Positions 1 to 15,383 are shown, counted from the first letter of the stretch. The stretch: DNA of 64,000 nt from Octopus vulgaris (GCA_951406725.2 OX597830.1:26908001-26972000), one strand, 5' to 3'. The notes: a model not told the origin generated them from the sequence alone. Numbers and translations are program-made.

Positions 1-42
1 CACACACACACACAGACACACACACACACATATATATATACA

Positions 43-210
43 TACGACGGGCTTCTTTCAGTTTCCGTCTACCAAATCTACTCACAAGGCTTTGGTCGGC
101 TCGAGGCTATAGTGGAAGACACTTGCCCAAGGTCCCACGCAGTGGGAATGAACCTAGAACCATGTTGTTGGTAAGCAAGCTACTTACCACACAGCCACTC
201 ATGCGCCTAT
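43..210 (-). mobile_element. tRNA-derived SINE family A, 5' half
   Basis: Reverse complement of the head seen at 4596 (GGCGCAGGAGTGGCTGTGTGGTAAG...GGTTCAGTCCC); continues into the internal microsatellite at the window edge. Confidence 0.85.
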
Positions 211-227
211 AAAATAAATGTTTCCTT

Positions 228-472
228 CTCGAGCCATGTCACGCTCATGAAAGACGATTTCCCGGCTTCAATGGTGTATATATATATTCCCCACCTGAAC
301 GGGACGCCGGTCCGTCGCAGGATTAGTCCTTTTTGCCAGCTGAGTAGACTGGAGCAACGTGGAATGAAGTGTTTTGCTCAAGAGCACAACGCATCGCCCG
401 GTCCAAGAATCGAAATCACAATCTTACGATCATGAGTCCAACACTCCTAACCACTAAGCCACGTGATCCCAC
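228..472 (-). mobile_element. tRNA-derived SINE, family C-related
   Basis: Minus-strand head GTGGCTTAGTGGTTAG...GATTTCGATTC; shares CTGGAGCAACGTG..TGCTCAAGA body with 6355-6690; related fragment at about 59110-59255. Confidence 0.75.
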
Positions 473-1399
473 CTACATAATATAAATACATAAAAAAGAA
501 AAACAACTTTTGAGTATATCACCATCAACTTGCATAATAATACCTTCCTTTGTAATCTTTTTTTTTCTCTGTCTCGCCATTTATTTTATTTTATTGTCAC
601 ACTTATTGGTAAAATATTCTCTGAAAATATATTTATTTCTCTCAGTTAACCTCGAATCTGACAAGTCCGGCTTAGCTTATGTTTTATTTATGCAGTCCCA
701 TTGCGGGAAGTTAGATAACAGCCGCTGTTTATGCTGTTGGCACACTTATGACGTCTGTTATTTGAATGTGTCTGGGCGGAAGATTCCGACATAGCAGAGT
801 ATTTCCTGATATGAAGTAGGTTAGGTTAACCAGCGAATTGATAGAGTCGTTAGAACTAGTAGGATAGAATTTCCTATACACGAATTCTGAGTTCAAATCC
901 TACCGAAGTCCTCGTTTCCATTATCTTTTCGGAGGATGATAAATGATAAGCCCTGAATTCCCTTTAGTTTCACGCTCTTCCTCTACCTCCCTCTGTTTTT
1001 TTCTTCTTTTTACTCTCTCCCACTCCAACGGCCATGTCAAAGGTCTCTAGAAAAAAGAATTCATATCGAGGTTGCACAAATATATCACCAACATTATAGA
1101 TTTGTTAACAAAGAAAGCAGTTTAGCTATAAGATTTCTGTAACGTGAGAGGAGTATTTGATGGTTGGCTGTCCTATTGACGTTCGAGCTTTTTCTCATTG
1201 ACTTGGCGTCCATTATAAGTAAGCTGCAGAAGAGTGCCTCCGCTACCTCGGATTTGTTTCCCTATAAAATGCATATTGTTTAATGGGATTTTCCTGGGCT
1301 GCATTTGAGATATTTTTGATTATGACTGTGAAATCGTATGGCCTTGACTGTTGCACTCACCAAATCGTTATTTCGGTTTTTACTATTTTCTTCGACATC

Positions 1400-1750
1400 T
1401 GTCTCTATGTTCTGAGTTCAAATTTCTCCGGCGTCGACTTTGCCTTCCATCCTTTCGAGGCCGATAAAATAAAAACCAGTAGAGCACTGAGGTCGATGTA
1501 ACCGACTTAACCCTATCCCGAACTTGCTGGCCTTGTGCCAAAATATGAAACCATTATTAGCACGCTGGACGAAATGCTTAGCAGTATTTCGCCCGTCGCT
1601 ACCTTCTGAGTTCAAATTCCGCCGAGGTCGACCTTGCTTTCATCCTTTCTAGGTCGATAAATTAAGTACCAGTGAAACATTGGGGTCAATATAATCGATT
1701 AGTCCCCCTACCTCAAATTTCAGGCCTTGTGTCTTTAGTTGAAAGGATTA
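1400..1750 (+). mobile_element. Two adjacent SINE family B copies
   Basis: GTTCTGAGTTCAAATTCCGCCGAGGTCGACTTTGCCTTTCATCCTTTC core twice; degenerate copy also at about 810-945. Confidence 0.75.
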
Positions 1751-1949
1751 TTATTATTATTGGAACCTCAAGTTGTTGCCATATACAGTGTGGCTCCGTA
1801 AGTTTTGTTGGTTTTTACTTGTTTACATAACATTCATTATTAAAATGTTTTGATACAAACTCTAAATAGGGCACCATACATTGTCCACGGAAAAGGCAAC
1901 CTCATAATATTTGGGCTTTGGGCCCAAATATTGTAATTTCATTTTCAAA

Positions 1950-4407
<2,458 letters not shown>

Positions 4408-4595
4408 AGCACAGATGGTTCGGGAGAAGAGAAGAGTCAAGATGACAAATTAGGTTTGAACCTGAAAGCCACAGTGCCACCACCCCGACTACACGGATCA
4501 GAAGTTCAAATAAAAGGAAAGTGTATATAAAAGAAGGCCAGTCACATAAAAAGGAACATGTGACCAAGGCCTAAAATATGTTCTGTATATATATA

Positions 4596-4760
4596 TAGGC
4601 GCAGGAGTGGCTGTGTGGTAAGTAGCTTGCTAACCAACCACATGGTTCCGGGTTCAGTCCCACTGCGTGGCATCTTGGGCAAGTGTCTTCTGCTATAGCC
4701 CCGGGCCGACCAAAGCCTTGTGAGTGGATTTGGTAGACGGAAACTGAAAGAAGCCTGTCG

Positions 4761-4793
<33 letters not shown>

Positions 4794-5003
4794 TTGTGTG
4801 TCTGTGTTTGTTCCCCTAGCATTGCTTGACAACCGATGCTGGTGTGTTTATGTCTCCGTCACTTAGCGGTTCGGCAAAAGAGACCGATAGAATAAGTACT
4901 GGGCTTACAAAGAATAAGTCCCGGGGTCGAGTTGCTCGATTAAAGGCGGTGCTCCAGCATGGCCGCAGTCAAATGACTGAAACAAGTAAAAGAGTAAAAG
5001 AGA
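4596..5003 (+). mobile_element. Full-length SINE family A
   Basis: A box TGGCTGTGTGGT, B box GGTTCAGTCCC, CORE-like CTTGGGCAAGTGTCTT, internal (TA)/(TG) tract, tail GGCGGTGCTCCAGCATGGCCGCAG..CTGAAACAAGTAAAAGAG. Confidence 0.9.
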
Positions 5004-5008
5004 GAGTA

Positions 5009-5125
<117 letters not shown>

Positions 5126-5179
5126 CAACAAAAAATACTTCATCGAATGAGAGATAAGTATCAATTTAATATACAACCG

Positions 5180-5910
5180 AAAGAGCTACCATTAGTTTCA
5201 TGCTTTTATGATACTTGAATAGGCATATGTATAAAATACGCCATGTATCTGAAAACAGTCTTTCGGGCTCTGTTTATGCGATATATATATATTTTAAAAA
5301 CAATGACGTTGGGCAATGAGATACTTCTATCGATGTGGTGGAAAGAAGATAGCTGGTTTGCATAATGTGTCTTGAATTCGGCCTCACATAATCCTATGTA
5401 ATTTTTCTTTTAAATTGATTTATCTTGAAGAGTAACAGTAACTTCAAACTGGAATATGACGGAGTTTATCATACACGCCTGGTCAACTGGGCAAGCTTCA
5501 TTGTCTCAATAGTAACAACTGGGAGTGCTCTTTTGGTGATTAGTGATAACATTCTTCATATTGGGGCAACAGCCTTCTGATATTTTAACTGAGAGTCTGT
5601 CAAAAAATTTCCTGTATTTATTATTTATTGGAAAATGTTTATCGAAAAGCGACAGGAATTTCTTGCCAACGTTAGTCATAGCATTAAAGGAGAAAGGAGG
5701 TGCGAACCAAATTATTTTCCTAGGTTTAATTTTTGGTTTATTTTCACGATTCATATTTTTATTCAGAGTTGTAATATATTTTATCGTTGTAGGCGCTGGA
5801 AGCCAGGATATTGCTATAGTAGGCGGCTGCCTTATCAAATATTTGTTTAGAAGATAGATTTGATAGCCACTTACTAATGTTAGCTATCAGGTTTTTAAAG
5901 ACTATAGAGT
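5180..5910 (-). mobile_element. Penelope-like element fragment (RT C-terminus, linker, GIY-YIG)
   Basis: KIIWFAPPFS..TNVGKKFL..DKHFP..KISEGCCPNMK, then CPVDQACMINSVIFQ and YIGLCEAEFK..YANQLSSF; frameshifted. Confidence 0.85.
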
Positions 5911-5927
5911 TGTGTGACAGGACTGTT

Positions 5928-6090
5928 TATGTATGTATGTATGTATGTATGTATGTATGTATGTATGTATGTATGTATGTATGTATGTATGTATATATGT
6001 ATGTATGTCTATATGTCTGTATGTATGTATGTATGTATGTATGTATGTATGTATGTATGTATGTATGTATGTATGTATGTATGTATGTAT
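5928..6090. repeat. (TATG)n microsatellite
   Basis: Direct reading. Confidence 0.98.
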
Positions 6091-6354
6091 GAGAATTTCT
6101 CGTTTGGCTTATGATACGGCTGATAAGAGCGGTAGTTAAAATCTAGAGAAACATGAAGGGAAACATCTAAAAAAATCAACTTTTAACCGCTTAGTAGTAA
6201 CTGACTAAAAGTCTAAAAGATTTTTCGCAAATTTATCAAGAAAAATTTCACTGATGCCTTTAATCAATTATTAGTGTGTGAGTATGCATGTATGCATGTG
6301 TGTTATGCATGCATGTATGTATATATACATCCATCCATACACACATACATAGTA

Positions 6355-6690
6355 GTGACCCCCTTCGGTCAGACACTGACCATGGGTTTGCACCTAGAGA
6401 GTTACTCTCTGAGGCACAAGTCTGGGCAAGGTTGTTTCATGGAAGACCAGCAGTCGCCCATGCATACCGGCCTCCCCTCTCCACGTCACCGATGTTGTCC
6501 AAGGGAAAGGCAAGGGCCGATACAGCTTGGTGCCAGTGACGTCGCAACTCATTTCTACAGCAGAGTGAACTGGAGCAACGTGAAATAAAGTGTCTTGCTC
6601 AAGAACACAACACGCAGCCCGGTCCGGGGTTCGAGCTCACAACCTCACGATCGTAAGCTCGACGCTCTAACCACTGAGCCACGCGCCGCC
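6355..6690 (-). mobile_element. SINE family C, near full-length
   Basis: tRNA-like head GGCGCGTGGCTCAGTGGTTAGAGCGTCG..GAGCTCGAACCC on minus strand; second copy at 61340-61660. Confidence 0.85.
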
Positions 6691-6725
6691 ACGCGCCTTC
6701 ACGCGCCTTCACACACATACATACA

Positions 6726-6756
<31 letters not shown>

Positions 6757-7065
6757 GTATGTAAGCATGTATATATACATACACACACACACACACATAC
6801 ATACATGCACACACACACATATATATGTGTATGTATGCACGTATGTATGTAAAATTTTCCTTTAACAAGGCGGAGAGCTGACCAGTTGCTTTGAATTTTC
6901 GGATTAATTGTCTTCGTTAAGTAATGTCAACGTTCTCATTCTAAAAGCAAAATAATTGTTATTCCAATGAGGGCCAATGAGTGATCATGCCATTGATATT
7001 TGAGTGTTTCTTGTCTATAGCCATATATAAAACCAACAAAATTTATATTTCGGCCCAGGGGGATC

Positions 7066-7097
<32 letters not shown>

Positions 7098-7227
7098 TTT
7101 GTCTGTCTGTCTGTCTTTCTTTCTTTCTTTCTTTCTTTCTTTTGCTTTCAGTTTTGCTAATTGCACCACCTTTTAAGTATTTGATTTCACCGGTTAATGT
7201 CTTTTTATGACACACACACATACACAA

Positions 7228-7273
<46 letters not shown>

Positions 7274-7362
7274 ACACACACAAACATACACACACAAATA
7301 TGCATGTATGTATATAAGTACATATAAATATATATGTATATGTGTGTATGCGGATCAGCCGC

Positions 7363-7520
7363 CATGATTGACCGCTAGTTCTAAAAGTTTATTTTTTATT
7401 AACTCTCTGTTTATTTCCTCGTGTTCCTTTCCTCTGAAGAGCGTAGGCTCGAAACGTAAAAGACTTTCTCACCTTCACAGCGTTAAACTGATACACCTGT
7501 TTGTTGTTTATACAACTATA
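7363..7520 (+). mobile_element. Short dispersed repeat with hammerhead-like motif (probable PLE terminal fragment)
   Basis: GAAGAGCGTAGGCTCGAAACGTAAAAGAC also at 26319, 39729 and 40038; copies abut (TA)n. Confidence 0.65.
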
Positions 7521-8167
7521 TATTCTTTTATTTTTGTTTTCAGTGTTTTGACTGCGGACACACTGGAGCACCGCCTTGATCAAAAGTGCTTACAGTACAT
7601 AGGTTTCCCAAGCGGCCACACTCCAAAGTACTACGCTCGACGTTGCTTAAATTCGCTGATCGGACGAGGAACGATATTTTCAACGTGATAATATATATGT
7701 ATATATATATATACATACATACTCACACACACATGATATATAGAGACGTACACATTTACTTTCAATAATCATTTTTTAATTATATTTATTTATATTTATA
7801 TTTGTTTATAACTTAACCTTATGTACTTTCTAAAATCTCTAACGGAGCCTAGAGAAACATCCAAGTACCTCAATTTCATCTACTTATTACTTCAGTCTAC
7901 AGGATGCATAAAGGTAGAATGAGGCAATTTTGACTCTTGACTGAAACAGCTGTAAAATATTTTCCCAATTTATATTCCTGTATGTTGTATTATAATAATT
8001 ACTGGTATCTTTATATATTAATATATTTTATATGTAAAGCATATGTTATACATGTATGTATGTTCTTGTAATTGTCAGTTTAATAAATAAATAAGTTGAC
8101 ATAATATAATGTCTAAAAGTTGATGAACCACCTATTGATCCCCTCCATTTTCTTATTGCTCTCTCCG

Positions 8168-8243
<76 letters not shown>

Positions 8244-8274
8244 TTACTGTATATATGTCTTTTACCCTTTTTCT

Positions 8275-8520
8275 AGTACTTCTTTTCAGTCGTCAGATTG
8301 CGGCCATGCCGGGGCACCACCATGAAGAATTTTTTTTTAGTCGAATGAATTCACCCCTGTACTTATTAATTTATATTCTTTAAGCCTGCCACTTATAATA
8401 TCTATTTGCCGAACCGCCAACTTAGGAGGATGTAAACACAAGAACACCGGTTGTCAAGCGATGGTGAGGGACAAGTACAGACACAAACACACACACAAAT
8501 TTACACACATACACACAGAG
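8275..8520 (-). mobile_element. SINE family A, 3' half (degenerate)
   Basis: TGCGGCCATGC..CACC, TTTGCCGAACCGC, CGGTTGTCAAGC match the family A tail. Confidence 0.7.
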
Positions 8521-8523
8521 AGA

Positions 8524-8579
<56 letters not shown>

Positions 8580-8580
<1 letters not shown>

Positions 8581-8950
8581 GTGGTAATCCGTCGGTAACA
8601 ACGACGAGAGTTCCAGTTGGTCCGATCAACGGAACAGCCTGCGTGGAATTAATGTGCTAGTGGCTGAGCACTCCACGCCCACGTGTACCCCTTAACGTAG
8701 TTCTCGGGGAGATTTAGCGTGACACAGAGTGTGACAAGGTTGGCCCTTTGAAATACAGGTACGACAGAAACCGAGTGAGAGAAAGTTGTGGTGAAAGAAT
8801 ACAGAAGGGTTCGCCACCCCCTCCTACCGGAGCGTCGTGGAGCATTAGGTGCTTTCGCTCAATAAACACTCACAACACCCGGTCTGGGAATCGAAACCGC
8901 GATTCTACGACTGCGAGTCTGCTGCCCTAACCACCGGGCCATTGTGCCTC
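8580..8950 (-). mobile_element. SINE family D
   Basis: Reverse complement of 15384-15764. Confidence 0.85.
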
Positions 8951-9056
8951 AACACACACACACACACATACACACACACAAACATATGCACACACACATA
9001 TATGCACACACACACACACACGATGCTTTTGGTCTTTTCCGGCGTAATTGACTTTG

Positions 9057-9517
9057 CATACATACATACATACATACATACATACATGCATGCATACATA
9101 CATACATACATACATACATGCATGCATGCATACATGCATACATACCTACCTACCTACCTACATACATACATACATACATACATACATACATACATGCATG
9201 CATACATACATACATACATACCTACATACATACATACATACATACATGCATGCATACATACATACATACATGCATGCATACACACATACATACATACATA
9301 CATACCTACCTACATACATACATACATACATGCATACATACATACATGCATGCATACATACATACATACATACATACATACATGCATACATACATACATG
9401 CATGCATACATACATACATACATGCATACATATATACATGCATACATATATACATGCATACATATATACATGCGTACATATATACATGCATACATACGTA
9501 TATACATACATACATAC
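9057..9517. repeat. (CATA)n/(CATG)n compound microsatellite
   Basis: Direct reading. Confidence 0.97.
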
Positions 9518-9807
9518 AGACGCATAAGTGCGGTCACATGATGTTTTCACGATTCAAAGATGTTGTAAACATTAAGGAATGCACTCACAAAAAGCGTAGA
9601 GTGAGACATTATTAATTTTATTGATACCCTGTCGTCGAAGTTTCACCCGTAATTGACAGCTTGACAGCCACCAGACAGTTGAGGTTCAACGACGTAGACA
9701 ATAAAATTATTGTTTGTACACATCGCGGTGGCCTGAAACTGGAGACGAGACATTTACTTTCAATAATCTTTACATACAAGCACACACATAAAATACATAT
9801 AACCTAT

Positions 9808-9876
<69 letters not shown>

Positions 9877-10085
9877 TAGGATGACAGTCAGCCAATACTT
9901 TCGCTATGCTGTCTCTCTTGTTTCACCTCTTTGTGGGGTTAATAATCTTAATCTTTAGTTACCATGTAGAGGTCTGAACTTAATTTTCATTCACATATTT
10001 GCATTTCGAAAATTTAACATAATCTTTTCCATTAATCAACTATCGTAAACACATACACACGCGCAAGCATGCACGCACACGCACG

Positions 10086-10151
<66 letters not shown>

Positions 10152-10489
10152 CATTTCATATATCTTCTTTCAATTTCTGCTCTCTGCAAATAACATTTTT
10201 ACGGATACAACTTCTTACAAAAACAGAGATTAATGTATAATTCCTTTCTATGTTCATAATTAAATCAATGTTTTAATGATTAGACAGAGGTCCAATAGAA
10301 TAGCTCTCAGGAACAGACTACGTACAAATTCGTTCTTCACAACTCCTAAAGCTGTTTTCTGACAAGGAGGGTGGGGAAGTCAGAAAATTTTCATACAGCT
10401 GGAGGCTCCAATGGAAACAGGGGACCCGAAATGAGGAGGTTGAGAAACGCTGTTGTAACCGAAAACGATCACAGCCACATCATCCAAAC

Positions 10490-10519
10490 AGACCGGGTGA
10501 AGCCGGGCTTAGCTGCTAG
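10490..10519 (+). mobile_element. Helitron 3' end
   Basis: GC-rich hairpin CCGGGTGAAGCCGGG about 9 nt before CTAG|T. Confidence 0.5.
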
Positions 10520-10549
10520 TATATATATATGTACATATATTCTTTTTTT

Positions 10550-10790
10550 CTTTTACTTGCTTCAGTCATTTGACTTCGGCCTTGCTGGGGTACCGCCTTA
10601 TAAGGGTCTTAGCCAAAGAAGTCGACCCCAGGACTTTTTCTTTGTAAGCCTAGTACTTATTCTATCGGACACTTTTGCCGAACTGCTAAGTTACAGAGAC
10701 GCAAACCTACTAACATCAGTTGTCAAAGGATGGAGAGTGGGGCAAGCACAGACACAGACAGAGAGATAGACAGACACACATGTGTACATG
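10550..10790 (-). mobile_element. SINE family A 3' half; part of its 5' half resumes at 14808-14860
   Basis: Tail sequence at 10550-10760; CTACCAAATCCACTCACAAGGCTTTGGTC at about 14818. Confidence 0.75.
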
Positions 10791-10821
<31 letters not shown>

Positions 10822-11113
10822 GTTAGAAAAAATAAGGTACTCAGAAATCTGGATGGTTTTATATTTACAGATTTTTATTAATGTCACATGTTTTTATAAA
10901 TCATATATTAGCGCTTGCAGCTACTCTAGTAGAGTCTACTAGAGTAGATACAAACGCTAATATATGATTTATAAAAACATGTGACATATTAATAAAAAGC
11001 TGTAAATATAAAACCATCCAGATTTCTGAGTACCTTATTTCTTCTAATATATAATAACTGTACTTCACCTCCAAACCTTCTAATATATATAAATATACAT
11101 ATAAATATTCATA

Positions 11114-11187
<74 letters not shown>

Positions 11188-11359
11188 CATATATACATAT
11201 ATATATATACATATATAAGCAATTTAGATTCAAGTCAATTCTAATGAATTTACTTGAATGCGGTACTTAACTTAGATGCACCAGAAAACTATATGGTGTT
11301 AACCATACAGTAATGTGGGGTGATTATAAACGAGAAAGAAGCAACAAGAATGGATTAGT

Positions 11360-11450
11360 TTTTAGTACAATTGTTTCATACAAAGACAGGCTTTATTAAA
11401 AGTTGCAAATATTGCAGCAGATAAAAGTGTCCCGTACTCATCAGCTAAAA
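11360..11450 (-). ncRNA. Type-I hammerhead ribozyme motif (sense to the PLE)
   Basis: TTTTAG-CTGATGA-long stem II-GAAAC-AATT-GTA-CTAAAA on the minus strand. Confidence 0.75.
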
Positions 11451-11871
11451 CACATATGAGTTCTCCAAACATCTTAGTGGGTGAGGCTACACTCATGAAG
11501 TATTGGAGAAAATTTCATTAAAAGCAGATTTAGGTTGTAAACAGACTTCCGAAGTTCTTTAATGATGATGCACAGTCTTATCACAGGTTTTTAAAAAAAC
11601 TTATTAGCTTCACAGAGAAGGTGAATTAATCCGTAGTGTAGATGTAAAATTCCAGAGATATGAGGAGGACTTTCATACTCACAGACGATGAATTTATCCA
11701 TGGTTAATCCACAATGAGTTACAGATTTATAAAAACATGTGACATATTAATAAAAAGCTGTAAATATAAAACCATCCAGATTTCTGAGTACCTTATTTCT
11801 TCTAATATATAATAACTGTACTTCACCTCCAAACCTTCTAATATATATAAATATACATATAAATATTCATA

Positions 11872-11949
<78 letters not shown>

Positions 11950-13081
11950 CATATATATATATACATATATAAGCAATTTAGATTCAAGTCAATTCTAATG
12001 AATTTACTTGAATGCTGTACTTAACTTAGATGCACCAGAAAACTATATGGTGTTAACCATACAGTAATGTGGGGTGATTATAAACGAGAAAGAAGCAAGG
12101 TATTTGTCACATTACTGTTCTCTTCACAAGACTGCTATGTTATGACTTCTAAAGGCTGAAGGAATTTTTGTGGAGCAAAGAAAAGACAAGAAAGGAAAGA
12201 GAAGAAAAGAGACAAGGAAAAGTAAAAAAGAAAAAGAAAAAAGAAAAAGGAAAAGAAAAAGAAAAAAGGGGAGAAGAAAAGAAAAAAGAAAAAGAAAAAA
12301 AAAGAAAAAAGGGGAAGAAGGGAGAAAAGAAAAAACGCCCACATAGAATATACTGTGACAACTGAGAGGGAAAGGGGTCGCAGGTGACGCCTGGCTGGCT
12401 TCGAATTTGCAGGAATCTAAGAACTATAAGGAGAATATTATTTTTGACCAGTAAACAGCTATTTATTGCCAACCTGACGTAGCTGAAAGCAGATATGAGA
12501 ATCTAAAGAGATAACAAGGCCAGGGATAGAGGGGTCAAAGGCTATCATCAAAAGGAAATACATTAAGAGAAAAAATAAGTGCAATCCTAACAAGAGGTCA
12601 TTTAAAATTTATTTATTCATTTATTACTGTTACTGTCTTAAATTGTTGCCGTTACTATCTATACATTGACAGACTACAGGTCAATACTTAGAAGTTAGTT
12701 TACAAGGTGTGAGGGAATTGCCTATTTATATTGAAATTTCTCATACTACTTTCAAGGGAGTAGCATTACTTATTTAATTTTGTAATAGAATTATGAAGTC
12801 TAAGTAACTTATTTTATTAAGGTTGTGTTACCTAAATTAGATTACATTAAAAATTAAAAATTAAAAATTAAATTTAAAATTAAATAAAACTTCATTCAAG
12901 CAACGTACAAGTACTATTTGTTTTCTTTTGCTCAAAATCAGGTGCAGTTATAAAGAAAGAGATAACTGTAGTGTGAGAGCTCGCAGTTATCTACTTAAAA
13001 AATTAAAGTTATGCTATACTAGTAAAAAACAAGTTATATCTATCTATCTATCCTGTTACGATTATTCTATACGGTTATTCA

Positions 13082-14065
13082 TTAAAAATATTTTAGAGTC
13101 TTCAATTTTGCGTGGACACAAACTTGACCTAATTCAATATGGTTATTTAACAAACCCCTATTTTTTCTATGCTTTAGAATTTCAAACGTCTCCATGGAGC
13201 AGAGTTGGCAACCTACCCTGTTATTTTTATACGGCATTGCTCTTCTAACTATTTCCCACATAAGGTTATAATTCCTATTATTATTTTTGAGTTCCCAGAT
13301 CTTATTTGAAAGTGTGGTGGTACCAGCTTTATGACGTAATTTAAAAGATGAGACGTGGTTTCTAACTCTATCTCTAAAATTTATCGTACAACCAATGTAA
13401 AAAAAATTGTTATTCTCAGTAGATATGGTACATTTATAGATTACGTTATTTACCCCGCATAGACCAGGTGCCGGGCATTTTGACTTAATTCTACACTTAC
13501 ACGCAGGAGGAACAACTTCAGATGTTGGATTATTCATGGATAGATGTCTTATGTTCCTGTTATTTTGATTATCATGAGTATAATTATCTTTATTATTATT
13601 ATTATTATTATTATTTTTATAGTTGGTGCTGTTATCTAAAGCATTGTTATTATTTATTGATCCTTCTGCTCCATCCTTTAGGTCTAAAGTCCTACCATGA
13701 TTATTTACATTATTGGTATTGTTACTATTATTGCTAGTATTTTTATCTGAATGTATATTGTTGTTATAGATATCACTGATATTTTCACTCTCTGTATTTT
13801 CTCTATTAGCCTTACTTCTATTATTAACATTATTACTTCTATTAATATCAATATTATTATTACTCCTATTACTATTAATATTATTATTAGTCATTCTGTG
13901 GTTACTGATTCCACCCATGTTTTGATAGTTACTATTGTTGCGTTTATTGTTGGTAGTATTATTATAATTGTTATTGGTATTCATGTTGGTATTATTATTT
14001 TTATTTTTATCTTTCCTGGCTAGCTTAATGTTGTTATTATTAATCTTAGCTATTAAAGTGGACAT
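13082..14065 (-). CDS. PLE ORF C-terminus: Asn-rich linker plus GIY-YIG endonuclease
   Basis: CKCRIKSKCP..CGVNNVIYKC..FYIGCTINFRDRVRNHVSSF..TTLSNKIWELK..W.IV..CQLCSME; upstream IIWLNIPFN..KNFP to about 14238 across a 1-nt shift in a homopolymer near 14100. Confidence 0.88.
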   Translation of the reverse strand: MSTLIAKINNNNIKLARKDKNKNNNTNMNTNNNYNNTTNNKRNNSNYQNMGGISNHRMTNNNINSNRSNNNIDINRSNNVNNRSKANRENTESENISDIYNNNIHSDKNTSNNSNNTNNVNNHGRTLDLKDGAEGSINNNNALDNSTNYKNNNNNNNNKDNYTHDNQNNRNIRHLSMNNPTSEVVPPACKCRIKSKCPAPGLCGVNNVIYKCTISTENNNFFYIGCTINFRDRVRNHVSSFKLRHKAGTTTLSNKIWELKNNNRNYNLMWEIVRRAMPYKNNRVGCQLCSMETFEILKHRKNRGLLNNHIELGQVCVHAKLKTLKYF

Positions 14066-14616
14066 ATTTGGGAGGGTTGAATAAGAAATCCTAACTGTTT
14101 TTTAGAAATAATTCTATGATATCGATGTGAGATTGGGAAATTTTTTTCTAGAATTACTTTGAACTTGCTCTGTATATCCGATTGAATCGAACAGTTGAAA
14201 GGAATATTCAGCCATATTATATCTTTCTTATTAAATTTCCTTCAGCCTTTAGAAATTCCTTCAGCCTTTAGAAGTCATAACATAGCAGTCTTGTGAAGAG
14301 AACAGTAATGTGACAAATACCTTATCATATAGCATGAAATTATACCCACCTCACTGTGGATTAACCATGGATAAATTCATCGTCTGTGAGTATGAAAGTC
14401 CTCCTCATATCTCTGGAATTTTACATCTACACTACGGATTAATTCACCTTCTCTGTGAAGCTAATAAGTTTTTTAAAAACCTGTGATAAGACTGTGCATC
14501 ATCATTAAAGAACTTCGGAAGTCTGTTTACAACCTAAATCTGCTTTTAATGAAATTATCTCCAATACTTCATGAGTGTAGCCTCACCCACTAAGATGTTT
14601 GGAGAACTCATATGTG

Positions 14617-14707
14617 TTTTAGCTGATGAGTACGGGACACTTTTATCTGCTGCAATATTTGCAACTTTTAATAAAGCCTGTCTTTGTATGAAACAATTGT
14701 ACTAAAA
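14617..14707 (+). ncRNA. Type-I hammerhead ribozyme motif (inverted copy)
   Basis: Stem I TTTTAG/CTAAAA, core CTGATGA at 14623, GAAAC at 14690, palindromic stem III ACAATTGT, GUA cleavage triplet. Confidence 0.75.
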
Positions 14708-14739
14708 ACTAATCCATTCTTGTTGCTTCTTTCTCGTTT

Positions 14740-14810
<71 letters not shown>

Positions 14811-14885
14811 TCTCCTTCTACCAAATCCACTCACAAGGCTTTGGTCAGCCCAAGGCAATATGTGTGTATGTACATACACACAAAA

Positions 14886-14970
<85 letters not shown>

Positions 14971-14973
14971 AAG

Positions 14974-15047
<74 letters not shown>

Positions 15048-15383
15048 GAAAGGCTTCAAAAGAACAAGCATTTCGAATTGTCAGTCTCGCGGGTTAGGAA
15101 GTTACATGTTCCGGCGAAATAAAGTGGTCCATCGAATATATATATATATATATATCGCAGTATCCATCCTTCCCGAACAATCAACGATATGCTTGCAACT
15201 TGTGTAGGAAGCGTAGGATGAGAGCACAAAGGTTTTATTTTTACAATGAAGTAAAATTCCAGTTAAGAATTTATACAGCAAAACAAATAGGAGCTATAGA
15301 TTAAATTTTAGGAAATCCCTGGACCGTTTTATTGTTCTACAGTACAAAGTGTAAAGTGTTCGTTAGTTGGTTACTGTTTTGTG

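Larger units (their letters stand above)
10823..14740 (-). mobile_element. 5'-truncated Penelope-like element with direct and inverted terminal duplications
   Basis: GIY-YIG ORF 13082-14065; 10977-11343 repeated at 11724-12097; 14255-14323 and 14355-14740 are reverse complements of 12097-12167 and 11327-11713; bounded by (TA)n. Confidence 0.88.

Noticed and set aside
5790-5838. PTIAISWL peptide shared with ORF 2706-3026
   Set aside because: At 5790-5838 it is an off-frame reading of PLE sequence (IFDKAAAYYSNIL); coincidental.
6610-6690. tRNA genes at SINE heads (also 15384, 61590, 63440)
   Set aside because: They continue into repeated SINE bodies, some with TSDs, and I see no complete acceptor stem.
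12168-12365. Lys/Glu-rich ORF
   Set aside because: Low-complexity purine tract within the PLE 3' region.
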